A stretch of DNA of 64,000 nucleotides, taken from the NCBI GenBank assembly GCA_965235115.1, contig OZ249445.1, forward strand, positions 10,664,001-10,728,000, read 5' to 3'. Every line of letters starts with the position of its first letter. Positions within the stretch are counted from its first letter, which is position 1. The notes below the pieces were generated by a model. The model was not told the DNA's origin. It was given only the letters and a program-made list of their open reading frames with translations, and searched no databases. Origin of the DNA: Laetmonice hystrix (lineage: Eukaryota). A program made the position numbers and the translations under genes. Below, piece by piece: positions 53,611 to 64,000 of the stretch.

Positions 53611-53768
53611 CAGACCTCGAATTACACGACGGCATCGATGGCATTTGTCGTCGTGCCTTTTCCATGTATCGTAAATTTGCCGCCGTGCCCTGGAAAAATC
53701 TGACGTTGATTCTTATGTATCGACGGCAGTTTTTGCCGTGCCGCTTTCAACTTCTAATTCGAGGCCTG
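53611..53768. mobile_element. 158-bp MITE with 6-bp TSD
   Basis: TIR CAGACCTCGAATTA / TAATTCGAGGCCTG (1 mismatch); TGAGTA at 53605-53610 and 53769-53774; internal CGACGGCA / TGCCG(C/T)CG subrepeats. Confidence 0.8.
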
Positions 53769-55173
53769 TGAGTACATGTGTATTCCTATGCCAATTTAAC
53801 AAGGCAAGCTGGCTTGCATTATGAAAATGATACTACACTATGATGTCTTAGATCTGCCATCTCATGACTAGAACTTTGAACATTATAAACCATGTAAAAA
53901 CATGTACCGGGATTGCACGCATTGACTGATGGGACCATATTCTTCAGAAATGTCAATGTCTTGGATTTAAAATTTGCTTCTTTATGTATCCTACTAGCCA
54001 TTATACGGGTACAAATGAGTTGCACTCATGTCCTTACGTTTACAGATTACTTTTTGAAATCAGGGGGGGAGAAATTGTTGTTCACATGTGCCAAGTAATA
54101 ACGAAGATTTAAATACATGTATTGTAATATTTTATGATCTTTTCAGCATTTTGAAACTTTACTTTTGAATTTGAATTGACAAGAAAATTCCCCTTTCTAA
54201 AAATGGAGTACAAAAATAAACTGGCAACTGGAGTTTAATCAAATAAATACATAAAATACATCAATATATAAAAAAAAAGTTGTTATTGTTATCCAGATTT
54301 ATTATAGTTGATCATGTCCATTTTTGTCATGGTAATAATATGTTTGGGACTTGATATTATCTCTGAAGATGTGTTAATATATTTCAAGGTAGATGTTTCA
54401 GTCGCTACATATTTCCATGTGTTACACCATTATAGACTCCTTACTCGTAGGTAGCCTAGGACGTCAAGGATTTAAAGTGCCTTTGCTACGGAATTACGTT
54501 TGAATAAAGAACTACGTTTGTATCACTATCTGAGTCCTGAAATTCAAAGACAGACTACAGGGGGAATCATTAAAATGGCTGAAGAAGCCTGACATATGTT
54601 GCATATCAGTAGAACCGAATAATCCTAAAACTGACAGCTTATTACTGCAAATTGCAGAATGACTCTCCGTACACAAACTTGTATTTCACCATCTTCTCCA
54701 AGAAGGAAGTTTCCCTCACATTCACATATTATAAGGAACAAGAGAAAAACTGTGAGTCAATAGTGTGCAACCCCAAGTCTATGTACACGAAGTATATGTC
54801 AATACTGAGAGGTTGTAGCAAATTCCATGTGTTTTAATGGAGGCAAAAATTTGGTCATTCTTTGGATATTCTGACTCGGTTTTCCTTAAACGTTTTTCTG
54901 TAGAGCTTTTATTTGTGGAATTTTAGCTGATATGAAACATGAGTGAATGAGAAACCTCTTTAAGCAGATCCTGTGAGCAAAGAAACTGTGCTGAAAAACA
55001 TTTATACCAGAGAATAAATGAACAGCAACATAGATTAGTCTGTTTTCAACAGAGAGCCCTTTACTAGCATAGATATGCAGTTATTCCCAAGCCACATTTT
55101 CGAGAAAATGTGTACACTGTGCCATACACATGATGGGGCATAATGCAACAGTACTAGTTTGAGATAGGCATCA

Positions 55174-58100
55174 TTATATATGCACTAAACTGTTCAACTT
55201 CTTTGTTCCTTGGCCGTATGGTAGAGCTCTCCACATGGCTTTGCGTTGCTTTTTTGCAACAGCACTTCTGGTGAAATCTAGGTCGTCCACATTCCATACG
55301 CCCACACCCAAAAGCTTGCGTTTTACAGCATAGTCAAACTTTAATGTCAGACTTTTGGGGTTGTCATACCATACTTGGTACACTTTGCCGTTACTCTACA
55401 ATAAAAAAAAGATAAAAGAGACAAAATTATCATTAAATGGAGAAAATCCCCGACAACAATTTATAAGGTCAGCATACATAGTTATTGGTACCTAGAGGCT
55501 CAGTAACAGAAGTAGCAAAACTAGTACACGCCCGTACTACCTAGTTTGACTGGTGGAGGACACTTCCAGAAATTGGAACTGGTTCCAAATATATAAAATA
55601 AGAGGTCTAGTTTGAGATGTGCCCCCAACAGTCCGTGTTTAAAGGTACTATGTCCACAACAGTCTTAGATATGTTCCCTAAGGGAAGTAAGACCATTTTT
55701 CCTTTCAGATTATTTCAGATTAGTTTTAGACTGAACCCTAAAAGTGTATCCAATTGACCACCTGTTTTAAGTATAACCAGGTGGGCAATTTTGGTTAATT
55801 TTAGTCTCATGTAAGGACTGTTAGAGATATCATCTTTAAAAATTTACCAGATATTGAGAACATTGAGGAGTTTACTCCTGTTAATTTTCAGAAGATTCTG
55901 TGACCTAGGGTTTTTGAAATATTTCTTAACAAGTCTTAACAATCCAATATATGCCTGAGAAGTAAGGTGTGACAACTCACCTTAAAGTTAAAATATGGGG
56001 ACTGAGCAGTTTGATCCCACATCATGCCTGACGTAGAATTTTTCAGCAGTTTAACAATATCTCCATAAGAAATCTGTCTGCCAGCTGCATCACTGCACGG
56101 TGAACCTCTAAATGAGACTTCAGGAATCTTGCACACATTTTTCTAAACATGAAGGAGTGAACAAAAATCAGACACCTAAATGAAATACATGTATAGATGG
56201 AAATATGAAAAACTCCTACCTTTCAGTTTGATAAAAGTGGAAATCGTAATCAAGAATATAGGTAGATGTGTAAAGGTACTGGTAATTTCAAACAATTCAT
56301 GCTCCATGAGATATCTAGACTGGAATTATCAGATTATAGGAATTCTCACCTGATCAAGGGTTAGACATTGGTAAGAGTACCCATACCATGGTGTACCCAG
56401 GACAATCTTGCTAGGTGGAATACCCAATGCTAGGAACCTCTCTATGCCTGGAATAAGAGTTTACCAAAATAAAAGTGCACTTCCTCAACTGACTCATGTT
56501 CTGTATACATTCACGGCATAGCACTTCAGGGTTGGAAAAATCCACTAGCCCGAGGTCCGGGACCTGCCTATTATTGCTTCGGACTTGTGAAAATATATCA
56601 ATGGTAGTCTGACGGACTCTTGCCCAGTCTTGGTTAAACCTACTGTCCTTGACAGGTGGTATCTGTCAGGGCCTGGTGTCAGGCATGTAGCATGTCACAA
56701 ACCTCCATCCTCCAAGGATGCTGGAGGTATGTGGCCTGTAATGGCAATGATGATGGCAATCTTAACATTTCCATAAACACTCCATGAAATTGTGGGGTTT
56801 TGGACCGGTGGACCCAAGAGCAGGACCAGTAAATATTCTGAGTTACTGGTCCTGGACCAGTGACTCATAAAATAATTTGTCCAACCCTGCACTTTCTTAG
56901 TAGTTACTAATAATTGTTTGAAAAATCATTTCAAAATGTTTGTTTTTGATCAGGAGTTTCCCAACGAAGAACAAGAACCTACCATGTATAGTGTTGTTGA
57001 GTGCAGAATTTGCCCATGCAATGCATTTTGGACAAAACTGACTCCTTTCATCATAGGCCATCACAAAGATGTAGTCACTGTAGGCTGCCAGAGCTGGGTA
57101 ATCATAACAACGGCTATCGATACAATCTGGTGACCAGGCTACATCAAAGGTTATCTAAAACCAAAACAACCTGACTGTTCAAAACCATTACAATAATGAA
57201 GGCATTTTTGAATTTTTCATTGCCTTTCTTTATTTCCCACTGCTCTAGCAAATAACTGGTTAATTGTACCTGAGGATGGTGGAAGGTTGCACGGAATGTA
57301 AGGGCCAACTCCTTTATTAATGCTGAAAGACCATCCCGATGAGCCTCATCTGTCTTGTTGATCACACTTTCGAAATCAACATTAACGCCATCATAAAAAT
57401 TTGCTTTCATATATTTCACTTGGTTTTCAATCCAACGTTTTCGGTCAGATTGAACTGTCAGATTCCCTGCTGGAAAGTTAGCTGCAAGTACATGTGGACA
57501 TGAATAAATCTGTTCAGTTTGAATGATTTTCTTTTTACTTTCTCATAAAGCAAAGAAATACACTTAACATTTTCAGTTATAGCTTCATAATAATTCTAAT
57601 AATTTAATGTCTTTTTCAATGTTGCTATCAAATTGTTCAGCAACAATCTTTGTATATCTTCATCTGACTTGACTTACCCCCATAAGCAACACGGACTCCC
57701 TTGCTGTGTGCGTAACAAGTGAGATTATAATTTGGTGCTCCAAATTGTACAACAGTTGTGATCTTATCCCAGTCATAGAAAGGCCAGTTATCTTCAGAGA
57801 CGACAAACATCGTCACCTTCAACAAGAAATCAAGGAATAACACACAGTAGAGTAGGCTTCTATTTTTAATGACTAGATCTACAGGTAGGCCCTAGGCCCT
57901 ATAATAATTGCCTTTATTTCTATTGCCAATTAGAAGAGGTTGTCTGAGGCGATAACTTTATGGATTTCTAAGCTAATGATTCTTCTGAAAACTGAGCTTT
58001 TGCCTTTGAACTCCTCCGCTATCCGCATTCCCTATCTAACCAAAGACATTGACTGAGCAAACTTACTTCATTCTGGGACTTTGGTTCCACCGGATTACAC

Positions 58101-58213
58101 CAGGTTTTGTCTTTGCATGGACACGACACACACTGTCCCGTGTGTAAAACAAAACAACAAACACAGACTAACACCATTACGTATCGTAAAGGTACTCGAC
58201 CCATGTTCTCCAT
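55174..58213 (-). CDS. CTBS: Di-N-acetylchitobiase (lysosomal GH18 glycosidase), 383 aa, 7 exons
   Basis: Exons 58213-58067, 57816-57678, 57481-57270, 57154-56983, 56447-56350, 56142-55981, 55395-55174, all GT-AG and frame-consistent. Signal-peptide-like N-terminus; chitobiase motifs YDWDKITTV, CYAHSKGVRV, catalytic DGVNVDFE, ITFDVAWSP, FVMAYDE, VLGTPWYGY, QVWYDNPKSL, GVGVWN. Confidence 0.97.
56527..56889 (-). mobile_element. 363-bp MITE, second copy, in CTBS intron 4, 5-bp TSD
   Basis: Reverse complement of 31641..32003 with about 8 substitutions by eye; flanked by CACTT on both sides. Confidence 0.92.
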
Positions 58214-58743
58214 CTGCACCAGAGTGATGTACCTGTTTTGCCGCCCCTAAAGCGTTGTGGGCATCTCTTGTTTACCTCTGCTCTTGTGACAGGCACTGTT
58301 TACTTGGCGGCCCCGTTTCCGGTTCTGTGTTGGCCGGTGTTGGCCCCCAAGCAGTGTCGCCATCTGTTGTTTTGAGCACGAACTAATAGTGCTCCTATAT
58401 AGTTCCTGTGTAAAACATCAGATGGCAGCACCTAGGCGGATGTGTTCTCTAAAGGCTGTTTAGTAAAACACACGTTTTCTTGTCAGGGAACTAGATAAAT
58501 GGTCTATGTTAGGAAATATATAATCTAATATCATTATATAATATATCTAATTATTCGGAATAGATATAACTCAATACTTCTTTGTTATGTTTAGATCCTT
58601 GAGTCCGAAAATACCTGCAAAGTGAACAATTCTGTAGGAAAATCTCCGACATTTGACAGGTCAGGGATAGTGATAGTGCCGCTGTCAAAGCCAATGCCAG
58701 AAAACCCTTAGTCCTTGCAGAAACAAGGCGGATCACCAGCATA
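58214..58743. promoter_or_regulatory. Putative bidirectional promoter between CTBS and synaptojanin
   Basis: Head-to-head start codons are only ~530 nt apart. There is a CpG-richer patch at ~58.2-58.45 kb, and divergent CAGATGGC(G/A) motifs at ~58357 (minus) and ~58419 (plus). Confidence 0.65.
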
Positions 58744-61700
58744 ATGGCAATGAGAAAAGACTTTCGGATATACCACAAGTTGGAGCCCCCATACAGTGTG
58801 ATTCTGGAATGTAGAGGGCGAGAAGAAACATTGATGTTCGAATCCAATGCAGTGGCTGTGCTGTGTGAGTCACTGTCAACATACCACATCATTCAGTCAT
58901 TCATTTCATTTTACTAGCCTAACTTACTAGCCCCAGTTATAATACCATGTCTACTATTATAGATCTACCATATAGCCATAGGCCTAGGCCTTGAACTACT
59001 TCTCATATTCAGAGATTATTAATGCAGTGATTGACAGTTTACATTTTTTGGGCCTACACCTTCTCAAGATTTTAATTTACAGTCTGTCTAGACAATTTTA
59101 GTTCTCTGTGCCATGTGGATGTGGTCAGTGTTAGTGACCGTGTCAGTGACTGCAGGCCTGATTTTAAGACGCGAACGATCATTTCATTCGCGTTCACCTA
59201 AAATGAAAAGGCCGAGAACGACAATGCATTCAGGATTATGTATTCAAGCTGATCATTAGAAACGTCGCACTCACAGTACCCTTCATCTGCTGGGAGGCCT
59301 TTCATTAACATTGATTTTTGCCATTATCGCAAAATTTTTAGCCAACAGTTCACATGTGCAGCAGTGTAGGTGTCGCTGATCAGGCGAGATTGAAGTGTAA
59401 TGTCTGCATATGTCCTATTGTTGCCAGATGTGGTGAAAATCTTAATTTTAATTAGCTTATAGTATACTTCTTTACTCTTTGTTTTCAGGAAACAAATAAT
59501 CGAGCTTGTAAGAAGCATTGTAACAAACGGATAATTTTTCAATTTCAGTTTCATTTATTGAATGGCTCTTATTTGTATTCTTTAAACTAACTAACTTGAA
59601 ACCTATTGTTGTATCATATGATTTTTTTTTTTAATTTCAGCTCAGATAGAGACAGAAACTGTGAAGAAGCAATATACCAAAGTCCTAGATGCATATGGAT
59701 GTTTGGGAGTTTTAAACCTTAGCAATGGTAATTATTATGGCTTCTTTATAGAAATATAGATATTAGAATAACATTTATTCAGAGGTTGTTGAGGTTCATA
59801 TTCAGGATATTTTGGTTAGACCCATATTGAGAAATTCTAATGCTCAATTGAGAGGAGGTACTAGATCTTTTTAACATAATTGTATTGTAAACAATTTAAT
59901 GAAAATTGAAATGTATATTTGATGTTTTTTTAAGGAGAAGAAACCATTCTGTACTTGGTAATGGTGGCTGGTTGTGTATCGGTCGGAAAGATTGCTGACT
60001 CAGAAATCTTTAGAATAACGGCAGTTCAAGTTCATTCCCTGCGAAACCATCCAGCAGATGAGGAACGGATTGTTGAGGTCCGGAAGTTGTTGAACTCTGG
60101 CACCTTCTATTTTGCTTGGTCATCATCAGGGTCACAGTTTGACCTGAGTCTGTGTGCACAGAGACAACATCAAGCTCATGATACTGACAATCGGTTCTTC
60201 TGGTATGTGAAAACATGTAGCAAGAAAATGTGAACTAATTGGAGCTTATTGGCTTTGTAAGATAGATGAGGTTTATAAGTGTTGAGCAAATCAGACCAGG
60301 TGAGAATAACCCAAATGCTGGACAGCAAGGAAAGAGTCCTCATTGGGGCTGAAAGCCCATTTTCATGTTTAAAGTAAGCATATTTGGTTTATAATAGCAC
60401 TTAACAGGCACATCAAAGGCCTTAAAAATCCATGCAGTTTTGCAAGAAACAGTGTACCAGATTGGCTGATGATGAACAAAGGGCACCTGTGATTGTTAAC
60501 GTATTGTATCATTTTACCCTGTAGGAATCGTATGCTGCATCTGCACCTGCAACGATACAATGTAGAGGCAAGTGAATGGCTGCTGAAAGTTATGTGTGGG
60601 GGAGTTGAGATCAGAACCATCTATGCTGCACAGCACCAGGGCAAAGCTTGTCTGATATCACGGCTCAGTTCAGAACGTGCTGGTACACGTTTCAATGTTA
60701 GAGGAGTCAATGATGATGGACATGTGGCAAACTTTGTGGAAACTGAACAGGTAGGGATTTTGGTTTCCATCCTCACAGTTTTGTAATGATTACGGTTACC
60801 TTTCCAATATATTACCCTTAATTATTTTTTATTGTTGTTTTTTTTTGAGAAAGCATATAGTGAAACAGACTAGGGATTTGCCACATGTGTTTAATTTCTG
60901 TTGTAGGTAATCTACTTAGATGATCATGCAGCTTCATACGTGCAGTGCCGAGGTTCGGTGCCATTATTCTGGGAACAGCCGGGCTTCCAGGTATGTACAT
61001 GTAATGTAAAAATAAAATGTGCTACTATAGCTTCAAGTGATATGTTTGTCAAAGAATAGATTGGATGAAAGGTTGCAAATACAATGTATGACACTGTCAA
61101 TAGGTGGGGTCACACAAAGTAAAGATGTCGAGAGGATATGAAGCTTCAGCACCAGCGTTTGATCGTCATCTTTCACTCCTGAGGCAGCGTTATGGCAAGC
61201 AGGTCATCGTGAACTTGCTTGGAATAAAGGAGGGGGAACACATGTTGAGTCAAACCTACCAGGTGAGAGGTCATTTATTACTTCACTCTCTCTATAAGTC
61301 AAGTATCATGGTGGGAAATATGTGGATGGTAAATGTATTTTTTAATCCTTCAGAACCATCATAAAGCATCACCACATAAGGAAGAGGTGCCCCATGTACT
61401 TTTTGACTACCACACGGAATGTCGTGGGGGAAACACCAAAAGCTTGATCAAACTTCGAGATCATGTGAAGAAACAGCTAAAGGAATTTGAATACTTCCAT
61501 TGTCAAGGGAACAATATTACAAAGTAAGAAAAAAGTATTTTATTGTCTACTAGGTACACTATCACTGAAAGTGATCACATTTGTGAGTAGTCCAGTTCAA
61601 ATGACTGGTGTTTATTGGATTCAGCGATAGTAACTTGAGCAGAACATTCATGCAGATATAATTCCGCTGAGTATGTTTCTCCTTATCTATGGCAGTAAAG

Positions 61701-62277
61701 AAGATAAGAACGGGCTATTTTAAGTTACAACTGATTATTGCTGACAGTATCTGTGTACCATTTATTCCCCCTGATTTATAGGCAGCAGTGTGGAACAATA
61801 CGGACCAACTGTGTTGACTGTCTAGACCGTACAAATGCAGTGCAAGCCATGTTTGGCCTCGAGGTATTGAAGGCCACTATACTTACCTTATATAATACAT
61901 GTTCTTTTTTTACCACCATAGATAAAAATGAAGGAGAATAGATCTGTTACTAAAGTGTTAGTACTAAAAAGTACACCGTACTCGCACTATATAGGTACCG
62001 ATAATTAACTTATGAGTGAAGTGAAAGTGTAATCTTTTACAAAGTTTTAAAGATTTCCAGCCTGTATGGAGTAACATGAAAGCAGATTTCACTAGAGCTA
62101 GTTATTTTTGTTTGGTCTTAGATATTGCCCCGAATGCTGGAGAGTTTAGGCTTAGCTAGCAAGCCTCAAATGTACTCGCGGTTTGTGGAGGTGTACAAAC
62201 AGATGTGGGCATTGAATGGAGACCACGTGAGTCGTATCTATGCCGGAACAGGTGCACTGGGTGGAGGCAAATCAAAG
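58744..62277 (+). CDS. SYNJ1: Synaptojanin (Sac1 domain part; the gene continues beyond the window)
   Basis: Exons 58744-58864, 59641-59727, 59935-60202, 60525-60750, 60907-60990, 61104-61262, 61354-61523, 61782-61863, 62122-62277, all GT-AG and frame-consistent. Motifs [54 protein letters not shown] and the Sac1 catalytic CX5R(T/S) in [12 protein letters not shown]. Confidence 0.97.
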
Positions 62278-64000
62278 GTAAGATTGCAGAGTAAATGGTT
62301 CAGATATTTGTGCTTTTTTTTATTACTTATCTTGGAGGATCTAGGATCTTAAAGAAAGGAGTATCCAAATCTCCAGTGATGTGTTTGCAAAGAGGGTCAA
62401 GATTCCCCACTGTCTATCTCACAACACTAAAAACAAGTGTTCTGCATGGAAAAGTCGCCAGAAGAAGCTGGTATTCAAAAATAGTAACATTTCCTTTACT
62501 TTCCCCAGATATGAATCCTCATGTTATCTAGACACTGTTCAACATTGCACAGTAAACAGTAGTCAGAGATGGAGACTGGTTATGTTCAAGGGATTGTGAA
62601 ACCTTGCAACAAGGTCTTTTCCTGATGGTTTATAACTAGAAATGTTTTTCAGCGTAAGACTGTGATATTTCAGCACTACAATGACGAATTAAGACGAAGT
62701 GCCATGGTCCGGCAGCTGGTAATTTTGTAGTAGTAGTAAGATGCAAAATGATTAGGAAGAGATACTCCTTTAAAATAAACGAATTTATAAAGTGATTGTG
62801 ACTGATAAAGATCCAAACTGTCCATCACTAACAAGTACTGAAGCATGGAACCATGCATCATAAGTGATGTTATGAATATTGCCTTCTATGCATGGTCGAA
62901 TCATTGCTTTGTGCATGATTGCACCAACAGAAGACAAAGCTTGATGGCAACCGTGGCGACAGTTACTAATACCCATCTAAGTTTTGTTTGAAAGGGTCAC
63001 AAGTAATGCCTGTGGAGTGAATGATACGGCTGGGCGAGTTCTTGTCTGTGAAGGGTTTCCAGCATTTCATACAACTCGGAGGCATGGACAGCATTTTGTA
63101 TGTCTGGGAGGCAGGGACAGCCGTGGTTCAGCTGTATGGGTATTCGGGTTGTTCCCCTCAGTCACTTCTGTATTGACTCTAAAATAAACCAGATGGTGAC
63201 GCCCCAGTCAATGAGACATTTGACTAACATTTGTTAGTTAAGCATAATGTATTTGATAGACTCTAAGGTGACTAACATAACGGCCAGTAAACTTTTAATA
63301 GCATTATAAATGGCAGACTGATGCAGAACATTTTTATTCAACTTTCATGGTATGTAGATCCAATGTGAAATAATAGATACAAAATAATTTAAGAATTATA
63401 CCCCAACATTAATCAAAGAGCACTTTATTTTTGCCGTATGAAGGTTCACCAATCGGTATGTGGCCTCCTGCTTACTTATAATCCTCAGTCCCTAGTCCCC
63501 CAGCCCCAGCTCAGGTTGACCTTTGGGAATCCGTGGAGGTTTGGAGGTTAGGAATAATGCCTCTGGTAAATGTTTTGGGGGTTTTTTTTAGTACCAGTAT
63601 TTATGCCAGATCGTAGGGGGATCTTTCTGAAATGTGCAGAAGGCACTGGTTATGTAACATATTTACAGTAAGAAAAGTTAACTTATGTGCATGTCTTTTT
63701 ACCTTATTTTACTCTTTGGATGGTATTATTATCTTGGGCTTAGAAAAGTGATCATTGGGAATGCAATGGAGTTTTTTCCTATTGGTGATGGATTTCATTT
63801 TCATCTCAAAAGAGCATTTTCGGGACATCATCAGGTGCATGTACTGGACCATTGGAGAAGGATCACATTTGTTATTATATTGATAGTGATATACATAAGC
63901 TCTGAAAAAGAAATGTTTTTTTTTAATCAAATACTAATTAAAAAAACACATCTGAAAACACAGAAGTCATTCAAAGAAACATTTACCTTAGATGGCGCTT

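Noticed and set aside
62676-63187. Short ORFs on both strands in the synaptojanin intron
   Set aside because: None matches the expected next synaptojanin exon and no splice sites or domains are recognisable; possibly a repeat fragment.

Overview
Eukaryotic (metazoan, probably invertebrate) scaffold with one 283-nt N gap and two very different parts. (1) About 49-64 kb is ordinary host DNA with three intact spliced genes whose exons I reconstructed with frame-consistent GT-AG junctions: MAP1LC3/ATG8 (+, 4 exons, 122 aa, ending directly in Gly), di-N-acetylchitobiase CTBS (-, 7 exons, 383 aa, GH18) and the 5' part of synaptojanin (+, 9 exons covering the Sac1 domain, continuing beyond the window). 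CTBS and synaptojanin are head-to-head. (2) About 1-48.9 kb has no intact gene. It is packed with protein-like, mostly minus-strand reading frames broken by stops, frameshifts, microduplications, poly-G/C runs and young MITE insertions. Part of it (16-26 kb) keeps AT-rich GT-AG introns, three of them demonstrably phase-consistent. I recognised no host homologue there, and only weak, degraded helicase-, P-loop- and PolB-like motifs. My best reading is an old endogenised large DNA virus or giant mobile element, but this is inference and needs profile searches. Small features include a 26-bp x 18 minisatellite, an ~83-bp degenerate repeat, CA(G)-ended MITEs with 5-, 6- and 8-bp target duplications, and duplicated CTCF-like motifs plus a 21-bp hairpin upstream of LC3.
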